NCBI GenBank assembly: GCA_044229175.1
Contig: JBGATM010000001.1
Coordinates: forward strand, 24,282 to 88,281
Length of the DNA: 64,000 bases
Origin: Vicinamibacteria bacterium
GTDB lineage: Bacteria; Acidobacteriota; Vicinamibacteria; Fen-336; JAGNNV01
Direction: 5' to 3'
The translations under genes and the position numbers were made by a program. Of this stretch, positions 47,281 to 55,983 are shown in pieces; positions within the stretch are counted from its first letter, which is position 1, and each line of letters starts with the position of its first letter. The notes below the pieces were generated by a model. That model ran no database searches. It saw only the letters and a program-made list of their open reading frames with translations, and was not told the DNA's origin.

Positions 47281-48383
47281 ACCTCGACGCTGTCGGTGAG
47301 CGTGAACCGGAACGGTACCCAGAGCAGAGTGACGCCCAGGAAGGTCACGAGAATGGCTCCCGCGCGGTAGGCCGGCTGAGACTGAAGCTTCATCCGCTTT
47401 CGAGCGGGCAGGAGGGTCAGGAGTTTTTGCCGGTGGAACTGGTGAGCGGCGAGAAAGACCCCGTGCCCGAGGCCCCACAAGGCGAAGGACAAGCGGTCTC
47501 CGTGCCACATGCCGCACAGGGTCATGGTCGCGAGCGAGGCGAGGCTTCCGGTCAGCAGCGGGCGCTCGGCCAGCCATTTCACGTTCAAGGCCCGGCCCGA
47601 AAGAGGCATGAAGACCTGGTCGCGCAAAAACTGGCTGAGTGAAATGTGCCAGCGCGTCCAGAACTCGCTGATGCTTGTCGAGAGATAGGGCCAGTTGAAG
47701 TTCTCTCCGATGGAGTAGCCGAAAAGCCGCGAGGCGCCAATGGCGAGATCGCTGTAGGCGGAGAAGTCGAGGTAGAGAAAAAGGCTGTAGGCGAGGAGGC
47801 CTGCCCAGAGTTCCGCCGAGGGCGCGGTCCGGTTGAAGTTCGTGTCCGAGAAGGCCCGGAGAGGCTCCACCAGGGCGAGCTTCTTGGCGAGGCCGGTGGC
47901 GATGCGAAGCAGGCTCGCGAACAACTCGGTGCGGGAGAGTGTTTCCGGGACCACGCCCTTCGCGAAGCGAGCGTACGGTTCGATGGGACCGGAGAGAAAG
48001 GTCGGCGGGAAGAGCGCGTATTCGAGCGCCTTCCCCACGGGGAGCGGATCCGCGGCCTTCGAGGCGGCGCGGCACAGGAGGATCAGGCGGAAGGAAACGT
48101 AGGACAGTCCGACCACCTGAAACGCCGGGAGGTGCGCGTACTTGTTGAGGAGCAGACCGAGGAGGGCGAGGCCGATGGCCACCGTGATCCGAAAGGGTCC
48201 CGGGACGAAGCGCAGGGTCAGCAACACGGCCAGAACCAGCGCGAAGTTGATCGCGACCGAGGCCGCCATCGTCCCGTACAAGGCGAGACCGAAGAGCAGG
48301 AGGGAGGCCGCTCGATACACGGGAGGGACGATCTTCCAGTAGAGGACCGCGAAGACCAGGACCGCGAGTGTTCCTGCGATCAC
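47238..48383 (-). CDS. MBOAT-family membrane O-acyltransferase (DltB/AlgI/PatA-like)
   Basis: Polytopic, with the conserved MBOAT His region (WTRWHISLSQFLRDQVFMPL) and WHGDR near the C-terminus. Length is 381 aa. Confidence 0.9.
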   Translation of the reverse strand: MIAGTLAVLVFAVLYWKIVPPVYRAASLLLFGLALYGTMAASVAINFALVLAVLLTLRFVPGPFRITVAIGLALLGLLLNKYAHLPAFQVVGLSYVSFRLILLCRAASKAADPLPVGKALEYALFPPTFLSGPIEPYARFAKGVVPETLSRTELFASLLRIATGLAKKLALVEPLRAFSDTNFNRTAPSAELWAGLLAYSLFLYLDFSAYSDLAIGASRLFGYSIGENFNWPYLSTSISEFWTRWHISLSQFLRDQVFMPLSGRALNVKWLAERPLLTGSLASLATMTLCGMWHGDRLSFALWGLGHGVFLAAHQFHRQKLLTLLPARKRMKLQSQPAYRAGAILVTFLGVTLLWVPFRFTLTDSVEVYGRLFSVFFQSAM

Positions 48384-50059
48384 CCGGCTTCTCCCCGGTG
48401 CGATGCGAGGTACGCGTTCCGATTGTCATTGCGGGCGATCTTGCCGCTCGAGGTCTTGATCAGGTGGCCTTCCTTCACCACGAGCACCTCGGAAAGGGCC
48501 AGATCCATCTGCTGCAAGACGGATTGAACGATCTCTCTCCGGATGGCTCGAGCGCGCACGGGATCGTCGGCCTCCGGACTCTCCACCATGGCGACCGCGC
48601 TCTCCGTCCCCTTCGCTTCGGAGCGGGCGCCAAAGGCGACCACGCGGCCGGCCTTGACTCCTCGCACCGATCCCGCGATCCGCTCGACCTCGTTGGGGAG
48701 GAACTTGCGGCCGCCGACCACGATCAGGTCGTTGTCCCGCCCGAGAACGTACAGTTCGCCGTCCTGGAGGAAACCCAGGTCGCGCGTGAAGTACCACCCA
48801 TCGGCTCGACGAGCCGCGGTCTCCTCGGGCAGACCGAGGTACTCGGCGAAGAGGAAAGGCCCAGAGATCGCGATCTCGCCCACCACACCCTCGCTCACCT
48901 CCCGCCGTCCCTCGTCCACGATTCGGATCCCCACATCACGGATCGCCCGGCCCGACGATGCGAGGACGCGGCGGGTGCTGGGGGCGGGCGCCACCGCGAG
49001 CGGACGGCCTCCGGGTTCGAGACGGGTTCCATCGACATCGACCCGTCGCGGACCGGCGCCGTCGGTCTGGGTGACCGCGAAGACGTTCTCGGCCATGGCG
49101 TACGAGGCCTGGATCGAACCGGCCCGAAAGCCGCGACTCGCGAAGGCTTCGACGAAGCGGTCCATGGACGAGGGCATCACCACCTCCGAGCAGTTCACAA
49201 TCGCGCGAATGCCCTCGAGGGAGGAGGGAGGGACGGCGCCGGCTGCCGCGCCGTGGCGATCCGCGAGAAGGGCGAAGGCGAAGTTCGGCCACCAGGAGAG
49301 GGAAGCCTGCGCCGCCCCCATGTCCTCCACGAATCCGAGGGGATTCAGGATGAAGGACTCGGGCGTCATCGAGCGGCACGAGACTCCGTGGCTGAGCGGC
49401 AGCAGAAACGAGGTCAGAAGCCCCATGTCGTGATAGAGCGGAAGCCAGGTCGCGATGAGGTCGCGGGCGGGGTCGAGGCGGATGGCATTCGCATAGGCGG
49501 TCAGGTGATCGAGGACCGCGTCGTGGGTCAGGGCGACACCCTTGGGCACTCCCGTGCTTCCCGAGGAATGCTGCAGGAAGGCGATCGCCGACGACGGCTC
49601 GGGAGCCCTTCCCACCTGCGACTCCGCCTGCAGATCGGTCACGTCGATCCATCGGACCGCCCGGGTCGTCATTCCGAGCAGGCGTTCCCGCACTTCCTTC
49701 GAAGCCACCACCACGTCGGTCTGGTAGCGGTCGAGGAGCGCTTCGAGGTTTCGCACGTACGTGGGCACGTGCGTCTTGAACGTGGGCAGCGAGAGGTTGG
49801 CGGGCACGAGGTCGGCGGCCATGGCGGCCACGAAACTCGTCCACAGCTCCGGCGAGGTCGGACACAGCACCGGGACGACTTGCCCATGCCCGAGGCCCGA
49901 TCGCTTCAGCCGAAGCGCCGTCCCGGCGATGCGGTGCGCGAGGGCGTTCGCCTCGATCGTCTCCGGAGAGGCGCCCGCGAAGGAATACGCCGCCCGGCAG
50001 TCTCTCGAGGTGAGGGACCGAAGGATGGCGGCGGGGAGCGACTCTTTCGGGTTGCTCAA
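48380..50059 (-). CDS. AMP-dependent synthetase/ligase, fatty-acyl-AMP-ligase-like adenylating enzyme (DltA role)
   Basis: Adenylation core motif FLQHSSGSTGVPKGV. Length is 559 aa. Its stop overlaps the MBOAT start. Confidence 0.85.
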   Translation of the reverse strand: MSNPKESLPAAILRSLTSRDCRAAYSFAGASPETIEANALAHRIAGTALRLKRSGLGHGQVVPVLCPTSPELWTSFVAAMAADLVPANLSLPTFKTHVPTYVRNLEALLDRYQTDVVVASKEVRERLLGMTTRAVRWIDVTDLQAESQVGRAPEPSSAIAFLQHSSGSTGVPKGVALTHDAVLDHLTAYANAIRLDPARDLIATWLPLYHDMGLLTSFLLPLSHGVSCRSMTPESFILNPLGFVEDMGAAQASLSWWPNFAFALLADRHGAAAGAVPPSSLEGIRAIVNCSEVVMPSSMDRFVEAFASRGFRAGSIQASYAMAENVFAVTQTDGAGPRRVDVDGTRLEPGGRPLAVAPAPSTRRVLASSGRAIRDVGIRIVDEGRREVSEGVVGEIAISGPFLFAEYLGLPEETAARRADGWYFTRDLGFLQDGELYVLGRDNDLIVVGGRKFLPNEVERIAGSVRGVKAGRVVAFGARSEAKGTESAVAMVESPEADDPVRARAIRREIVQSVLQQMDLALSEVLVVKEGHLIKTSSGKIARNDNRNAYLASHRGEAG

Positions 50060-50197
50060 AACGTGGCGTACATGAACGCCGTTTCGCCGCCCTGGTCGAG
50101 GGCGAGGGCCAGGAAGAGGATGACACCCACGAGGACGATCAGGAACGTGGTCTGAATCGGCCGGGGCAGGCCGTCGAGATACTGCGCCGGGGCGAAG

Positions 50198-50440
50198 TCA
50201 GCGCGCAGCGGCATCGGTGAGAGCCACGCACTTGTCTATGGTGTCGAGGTCTTCGAGCCCCACCCCGTCGGTCGCCAGATTGAACTCGGTGTGGAGGAAG
50301 GCCAGGAGCCGCACCGCGGAGAAGGAGTCCACGAGACCCGAACTGAAGAGCGCTTCGTCACCCCCGAGATCGAGGTCGGGCTCGTTCAGGAGATCCTTCG
50401 CCACGAACTGACGGATTCGCTGCCGTCGCTCCTCGCTCAT
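50198..50440 (-). CDS. Acyl/peptidyl carrier protein (DltC-like)
   Basis: 80 aa from ATG (90 aa if the GTG at 50470 is used). The phosphopantetheine-attachment site GLVDSFSAVRLLAFL resembles the DltC IIDSF...LLL motif. Confidence 0.75.
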   Translation of the reverse strand: MSEERRQRIRQFVAKDLLNEPDLDLGGDEALFSSGLVDSFSAVRLLAFLHTEFNLATDGVGLEDLDTIDKCVALTDAAAR

Positions 50441-50470
50441 GGGCAAAGTATAGGAGACGGCCGAAGGCAC

Positions 50471-51016
50471 TCAGGCCGGGGGATATTTCGCCGCGAGCTT
50501 CTCCATGGTCTTCATTCCGCGGAAGGTGGCCTTGACCTTGAGGGTTCGTTCGAGGACCGCGTTCGAGATCTTCGATTGGCTCTGCCGCGTCCGACAGATC
50601 CAGTAGAGCTCCGCGCCGTTTGCGTGGAAGTCGTCGATGTCGGTCCGGAGCCCGGTGAGCGCGGCCCGGGTCGCGGCGGGAAGCGGCTCCTTGAGGAGGC
50701 CGACATTGAGCGCGGCCGCGGCTTCCATCTCCGCGGCAGGAAACGGACGGTAGCGGGCGATGGACGACACGCCCTCGAGGGACCGGACGAACGTCGTGAC
50801 CTCGTACCCGAGAACGTCTTCCAGCATCCGCTCGATCTTCCTCTCGATCGCGGCGGGTTCCTTGAGGCGTGTCTCGAAGATCACGTTGCCACTCGCGATG
50901 AAGGTCTCGACCTTCGCGAAGCCCAGGTCCTCGAATCTGGCCCGCAGGACCTCCATCTTCACCACATGACTGCCGCCCACGTTGATGGCGCGCAGAAAGG
51001 CCACGTATCGAGCCAT
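50471..51016 (-). CDS. DUF1697-domain protein
   Basis: MARYVAFLRAINVGGSHVVKMEVLRARFEDLGF...SGNVIF is typical of DUF1697. It sits 3 bp downstream of the potCD stop. Confidence 0.7.
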   Translation of the reverse strand: MARYVAFLRAINVGGSHVVKMEVLRARFEDLGFAKVETFIASGNVIFETRLKEPAAIERKIERMLEDVLGYEVTTFVRSLEGVSSIARYRPFPAAEMEAAAALNVGLLKEPLPAATRAALTGLRTDIDDFHANGAELYWICRTRQSQSKISNAVLERTLKVKATFRGMKTMEKLAAKYPPA

Positions 51017-51019
51017 GAG

Positions 51020-52822
51020 CTAGTCCTTTCCCGATTTCACTTCGGTCCACAGCCGATCGTGCAGGGCCGCGGCCTCGCCCAGATCCTCGAACGGCCGGAG
51101 CTGCTTCATCTGCGCCTCCGACGGGAACATGGCGCGGTTGTCCTGGACGGCTTGCGGGAGCAGCGCCCGCCCCGCGCGCGACGGCGTCGAGTAGCCCGTG
51201 GTGAGACAGATCTCCGCCGCGATCTCCGGTTCCATCACGAAGTCGAGGAATTCAAGGGCGAGGTCGGCATGCGGGGCGTTTTTCGGTATGGCGAGATTGT
51301 CCACGAACACCATGGCCCCTTCCCGGGGGATGGTGAAGCGCACCCAGGGCGCCTCCTTCATGATCTTCGCGATCTGCCCGGACCACGACTGCGCGAGCAG
51401 CACCTCGCCCGAGAGAACCGCATCGTCGAAACTCGCCGAGTCGTAAGCCCGCACCAGCGGCTTCTGGTCGATGAGGACCTTCTGGATCCGTGCGAGCGAC
51501 CCGGGGTCCCGCGTGTTCGGGTTGAGACCGAGCAGCAGCGCGCCGAAACCGATGGCCTCCCGGGCGTCGTCGAGCATGAGGATCCGGCCCTTCCACCTCG
51601 GATCGAGGAGCGCGCTCCACGAGTCGACCGATGCGACCTGTCGGGAGTCGGACGCGATCCCGGTCACCCCCCACAGGTAGGGAATGGAGAAGCGATTCTC
51701 CCGGTCCCAGTTCTGGCCGAGGAAGTCGGGCGCGGTGCCTCCGAGGTGGGGCAATCGGTCGCGGTCGAGCGCTTGGAGAACCCCCGCGCGGATCAGGGGC
51801 GCGAGGGTGTAGGTCGGGGGACAGATCACGTCGTAGCCGGGGTTGCCCGCGAGCATCTTCGACAGCAGCGCCTCGGCAGAGTCGTATACGTCGAGGTTCA
51901 CCTTCGCTCCGGTTCGCTCCTCGAACCTGCGAATGGTCTCGGGGGCGATGTAGTTCGACCACAGGTAGAGATTGAGCTCGCGCTTTCCCTGATGCTGCGA
52001 TCTCGCGAGGACCACCGGGGTGGCGAGGATCGACAATCCCGCGGCCATGGCCAGCATGGAGAGGCGAGGCCGGGACTCGATGAGCGCGGTCGCGAAGAGC
52101 AGGAGGGTGGTGGCCGCGAGCAGGATGGTCGAGGCGGCGGCGATCTCCGGAGAGAGCGAGCTCTTGAGCAGCGAGTAGATGTAGACGGGCAGGGTGGTTC
52201 CGCCCGCCCCCGAGACGAAGGAGGTCACCACGTAGTCGTCGATGGAGAGCGAGAAGGTGAGCAGGGCCGCGGCCACGAGGCCGGGGGCGAGGAGCGGCAG
52301 GGTGACCCGACGAAACACCTGCCCGGCCGAGGCGCCCAGGTCGGCGGCGGCCTCCTCGACATCCACCGGCAAGGCGTGCGCGCGCGCGCGGATCACGAAG
52401 AACGCGAAGGAGAGCGAGAACACCACGTGCGCCGCCACCACCGTGCCGAGGCCGAGGGGAATGAAGAGCCGGGAGAAGAAGGCGAGAAGCGAGGCTCCGA
52501 ACACGATCTCCGGGGTGACCAGGGGCAGGAGGAAGAGCGAGGCGGCCCGCGCGCGGGTCCTCTCGGGGGCGCCTCTCGATCCGAGCGCGGCCGCGGTCGC
52601 GAGGATCACGACGATGAAAGTCGCGGAAGCGCCCACGATCAGGGAGTTCTCCATCGCTCTCATCAGGGGCCCGTTGTCGAGCAGCTTCCGGTACCAGATG
52701 AGGCTCGGTCCGTCGAACGATGCGGACAGGCGCGAGCGCGAGAACGAGAACACCGCGAGGGCGAGAACGGGAAGGTGAAGGAAGAGCAACGTCCCCACCA
52801 GCAGGGCCTGGAGCCGCTTCAT
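51020..52822 (-). CDS. Spermidine/putrescine ABC transporter permease (PotC-like) fused to a periplasmic polyamine-binding protein (PotD-like)
   Basis: Start at MKRLQALLVG (aa 228 of the ORF). A PotC 6-TM core with EAA-loop (AAADLGAS..FRRVTLPL) is followed by a hydrophobic segment (MLAMAAGLSILATPVVLA) and then a PotD-type solute-binding domain. The two parts share one frame with no stop. Length is 600 aa. Confidence 0.75.
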   Translation of the reverse strand: MKRLQALLVGTLLFLHLPVLALAVFSFSRSRLSASFDGPSLIWYRKLLDNGPLMRAMENSLIVGASATFIVVILATAAALGSRGAPERTRARAASLFLLPLVTPEIVFGASLLAFFSRLFIPLGLGTVVAAHVVFSLSFAFFVIRARAHALPVDVEEAAADLGASAGQVFRRVTLPLLAPGLVAAALLTFSLSIDDYVVTSFVSGAGGTTLPVYIYSLLKSSLSPEIAAASTILLAATTLLLFATALIESRPRLSMLAMAAGLSILATPVVLARSQHQGKRELNLYLWSNYIAPETIRRFEERTGAKVNLDVYDSAEALLSKMLAGNPGYDVICPPTYTLAPLIRAGVLQALDRDRLPHLGGTAPDFLGQNWDRENRFSIPYLWGVTGIASDSRQVASVDSWSALLDPRWKGRILMLDDAREAIGFGALLLGLNPNTRDPGSLARIQKVLIDQKPLVRAYDSASFDDAVLSGEVLLAQSWSGQIAKIMKEAPWVRFTIPREGAMVFVDNLAIPKNAPHADLALEFLDFVMEPEIAAEICLTTGYSTPSRAGRALLPQAVQDNRAMFPSEAQMKQLRPFEDLGEAAALHDRLWTEVKSGKD

Positions 52823-53604
52823 TCCTGAGCCCGGGCGAGAAAGCGGCCGAAGAGAAGGAAAGCGGAAAGCGTGAGCACGCTCAGGGTGAAGGCCATGGCC
52901 GAGCCGAAAGCCGGATCGCGGGCCGCGCCGAACTGGCTCGTGATCAGGGTGCCCACCCAGGCCGTCTTCGCCCCCCCGAGGAGATCCGGCACGAGCACGG
53001 ACCCGAGCGCGGGCACGAACACGAGCACGCAACCGGCCACGATCCCCGGGGCGGCGATCGGGATGACCACTTTCGCGAGGGTCTTCCAGGGGCTCGCCCC
53101 CAGATCCCGGGCCGCGTCGACGAGCGACGGATCGATGCGCTCGAGCGCCGCGTAGATGGGGAGGATCATGTACGGCAGCTCGACGTAGAGCTGGCCGATG
53201 GCGACCGCGGTGGTGGTGTAGAGGAGGCTCGGCGCCGGCGATCCGAAGAAAGCGAGGATCTGAGAGAGCAGGCCTCCCGCCCGAAGGAGGAACACCCAGG
53301 CGTACAGCTTCACCAGCACCGAGGTCCACAGGGGCAGGGTGACGAGCAGGAGAAAGGGGCCGCGTGACTGCGCCGGCACCGCGCGCACCAGCGCCCAGGC
53401 CACCGGGAAGCCGACGAGCAGTGTGGCCACGGTGGTGCAAAGGGCCAGCAGCAGGCTGCGCCAGAAGATCGCGGCATAGAGCGGATCGAGGAGCCGCAGC
53501 CACACCGAGCTGTCTCCCGTGCGGGAGAGAAGCATCAGCTGGGGACAGGCGAACAGAACAAGACCGATGACGGCCGCGGGAATCAGGAGCCTTTGCGCCT
53601 TCAT
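52819..53604 (-). CDS. potB: Spermidine/putrescine ABC transporter permease (PotB-like)
   Basis: Start at MKAQRLLIPAAV (aa 147 of the ORF), overlapping the potA stop. EAA-loop DAARDLGASPWKTLAKVVIP. Length is 261 aa. Confidence 0.8.
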   Translation of the reverse strand: MKAQRLLIPAAVIGLVLFACPQLMLLSRTGDSSVWLRLLDPLYAAIFWRSLLLALCTTVATLLVGFPVAWALVRAVPAQSRGPFLLLVTLPLWTSVLVKLYAWVFLLRAGGLLSQILAFFGSPAPSLLYTTTAVAIGQLYVELPYMILPIYAALERIDPSLVDAARDLGASPWKTLAKVVIPIAAPGIVAGCVLVFVPALGSVLVPDLLGGAKTAWVGTLITSQFGAARDPAFGSAMAFTLSVLTLSAFLLFGRFLARAQE

Positions 53605-54668
53605 CTCGAGAGCGCGATCCAGCACGAGGGTTCGATATCGAGGAAGACCCGATCGCCCGCCCGCACCACTTCCCGCGGCGAGACGTTGGCGACGAGCGTG
53701 GTTTCGCCCACGTCGACCTGGCAGCGCGTGGCCTCGCCCAGGTACCGCACGTCGGTGACCGTCCCCGCGATTCCGCCCCCCGAGCGGGACAAGGAGACGT
53801 GCTCTCCGTGAAGGCCGATCGTCACCTCCGCCCCGGCAGGTAGGTCCGCGATCTCGATCCGCGTGAACCCGAGGTCCACGACGGCGCCCCCCGCCCTGTT
53901 CTCGATCACCCGTCCCTCGAGGATGTTCTCCATGCCCACCAGCCGGGCCACGTAGACGCTCGCCGGGTGCTCGAAGATCTCTTCGGGTGGCGCGTACTGA
54001 GCGATGCGACCCTCCCGCATGACCGCGATTCGCGAGGAGCACTCGATGGCCTCCTCGAGGTCGTGGGTCACCAGCACGAAGGTGATGCCGAGGGAGCGCT
54101 GGAGCTGCACCAGTTCCGAGCGCATGGCCGAGCGCAACTGGGCGTCGAGGGCGGCGAGGGGCTCGTCGAGGAGCAGGATGTCCGGCTCGAGAACGAGAGC
54201 GCGGGCGAGGGCCACGCGCTGCCCCTGGCCCCCGGAAATTTCCGAGGTCGCCCGGGAATCGAAGCCCTCGAGGTGGACGGCGCCGAGGGCTTTCGCGACC
54301 CGAGATCGGATCTCAGCATCCGGCCGGTCGCGCAGCCGCAGGCCGAAGGCCACGTTCTCGAAGACCGAAAGGTGGGGAAAGAGCGCGTAGCTCTGGAAGA
54401 CGGTGTGAACGGGCCGAAGGTGGGCTTTCATCGAGGTGACGTCTTTCCCGGAGACCTCGATCCGTCCGGAATCCACTTCATCGAGACCCGCGACGAGCCG
54501 GAGGAGGGTGGTCTTGCCGCAACCCGACGGCCCCAGCAGGGTCACGAACTCCCCGGGCTGCACGTCCAGGCTCACCCGGTCGAGCACGGGCGTGCCCCCG
54601 CGCTTCTTCGAGACGGACTCGACGGCCAGCGAGCCGCGGACTTTTTCGGAAAGAGGAGCTTCGCTCAC
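53601..54668 (-). CDS. potA: Spermidine/putrescine ABC transporter ATP-binding protein
   Basis: Walker A GPSGCGKTT, signature ISGGQGQRVALARAL, Walker B LLLDEPLAALD, plus a C-terminal TOBE-like domain. Confidence 0.9.
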   Translation of the reverse strand: MSEAPLSEKVRGSLAVESVSKKRGGTPVLDRVSLDVQPGEFVTLLGPSGCGKTTLLRLVAGLDEVDSGRIEVSGKDVTSMKAHLRPVHTVFQSYALFPHLSVFENVAFGLRLRDRPDAEIRSRVAKALGAVHLEGFDSRATSEISGGQGQRVALARALVLEPDILLLDEPLAALDAQLRSAMRSELVQLQRSLGITFVLVTHDLEEAIECSSRIAVMREGRIAQYAPPEEIFEHPASVYVARLVGMENILEGRVIENRAGGAVVDLGFTRIEIADLPAGAEVTIGLHGEHVSLSRSGGGIAGTVTDVRYLGEATRCQVDVGETTLVANVSPREVVRAGDRVFLDIEPSCWIALSR

Positions 54669-54792
54669 GATTCGCGGTAGATTATTTCTGAATGGCCTCG
54701 CTTGACTTGGGCGGCCCGCATAAAAGACAGTAGGCGTCAGGTCGCGCTCTCAGAAAGCCCGGACCGAAAGAGCCGCACAAAGGAGAATTCAG

Positions 54793-55077
54793 ATGGGTGA
54801 AGCACTTGGAATGATCGAGACCCGCGGTTTCGTGGCCCTCGTCGAGGCCTCGGACGCGATGGTCAAGGCCGCGAAGGTCGTGATCGTGGGCTGGGAGAAG
54901 ATCGGCTCGGGTTACGTGACCGTGATGTGCCGCGGCGATGTCGCGGCGGTGAAAGCGGCCACCGACGCGGGTGCGGCGGCGGCCCGCCGGGTCGGCGAGC
55001 TGGTTTCCGTCCACGTCATTCCGCGTCCGCACGACAACCTTCAGGACGTCTTCGCCATCGGCAAAGCCGGCAAGTGA
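54793..55077 (+). CDS. Bacterial microcompartment shell protein, BMC-H (PduA/CcmK/EutM family)
   Basis: [29 protein letters not shown]...VHVIPRPH aligns almost residue-for-residue with PduA. A strong SD (AAAGGAG) lies 7 nt upstream. Confidence 0.95.
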   Translation: MGEALGMIETRGFVALVEASDAMVKAAKVVIVGWEKIGSGYVTVMCRGDVAAVKAATDAGAAAARRVGELVSVHVIPRPHDNLQDVFAIGKAGK

Positions 55078-55145
55078 ACCCACTAGCGCGCGGCCTTCTG
55101 GCCTCGCGCGGCGGGTTCAGCGGAGAAGTCGAGAAGAGTTCATAG

Positions 55146-55430
55146 ATGCAGGTCGGTCGAGTTGTCGGCACTCTCGTCGCCACCCGCAAGGACGAGCGCC
55201 TGGTGGGGACGAAGCTCCTGGTCGTTCGCGTCATGGATCCCGCGTTCAAGGAAGAGCAGGGCTACGTGGTCGCGGTCGACACCGTGAACGCCGGGATCGG
55301 CGACCGGGTCATGCTCGTGGCCGGTTCATCGGCCCGCCTCGCCCAGGGCATGAAGGACGCGCCGGTCGATGCCGCCATCGTCGGAGTGGTCGATCAGGTC
55401 GAACTGGTCAAGTCCGCGACCAAGGCCTGA
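55146..55430 (+). CDS. BMC vertex protein, BMC-P (EutN/CcmL/PduN family), paralog 1
   Basis: MQVGRVVGTLVATRKDERLVGTKLLVV...DAAIVGVVD is the EutN_CcmL fold signature. Confidence 0.9.
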   Translation: MQVGRVVGTLVATRKDERLVGTKLLVVRVMDPAFKEEQGYVVAVDTVNAGIGDRVMLVAGSSARLAQGMKDAPVDAAIVGVVDQVELVKSATKA

Positions 55431-55433
55431 TCC

Positions 55434-55703
55434 ATGCAGCTCGGGATCGTGTGCGGGAACCTGGTGGCGAGCCGTAAGGACGAGCGCCTCGAGGGAATCA
55501 ACCTCCTGGTCATCCAGCCCATCCAGCCTGACGGCTCCGCCACCGGCAAGACGCTCGTCGCCACGGACGCGGTGGGCGCGGGTCCGGGCGAGAGGGTCTT
55601 CTGGGTCAAGTCGAAGGAAGCGGCAAACCCCTTCGAGCCCGTCGAGGTGCCCACCGACGCCACCATCGTGGGCATCGTGGACCTCGTCAACGTGGAGGCC
55701 TGA
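55434..55703 (+). CDS. BMC vertex protein, BMC-P, paralog 2
   Basis: MQLGIVCGNLVASRKDERLEGINLLVIQP...DATIVGIVD. It starts 4 bp after paralog 1. Confidence 0.9.
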   Translation: MQLGIVCGNLVASRKDERLEGINLLVIQPIQPDGSATGKTLVATDAVGAGPGERVFWVKSKEAANPFEPVEVPTDATIVGIVDLVNVEA

Positions 55704-55707
55704 AGGG

Positions 55708-55983
55708 ATGTTGATCGGGCGGGTGATCGGCAACGTCGTGGCCACGAAGAAGAACCTCAAGCTCGACGGCGAGAAGCTCCTGCTCGTGCAGCCCCTCGAA
55801 CTCTCGGGGGCGGCGAAGGGAACTCCCATCATCGCCATCGATCGAATGGGGGCCGGGCCGAAAGAGCGGGTCCTGTACACCCAGGATGGCCGCACCGCGC
55901 AGCAGGTCCTGGGACGGGGTGTCGCCGGGGTCGACGCCGCCATCCTCGGAGTGATCGACGAGATCGATTTCCGCCATGGATGA
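55708..55983 (+). CDS. BMC vertex protein, BMC-P, paralog 3
   Basis: Start at MLIGRVIGNVVATKKNLKLDGEKLLLVQP (aa 114 of the ORF); ...DAAILGVID. Confidence 0.85.
   Translation: MLIGRVIGNVVATKKNLKLDGEKLLLVQPLELSGAAKGTPIIAIDRMGAGPKERVLYTQDGRTAQQVLGRGVAGVDAAILGVIDEIDFRHG

Noticed and set aside
54703-54726. TTGACT ... TAAAAG as a sigma-70 promoter for the BMC shell operon
   Set aside because: The spacer between the hexamers is about 12 nt, too short for a canonical promoter. I kept only the strong SD as support for the start of the BMC-H gene.
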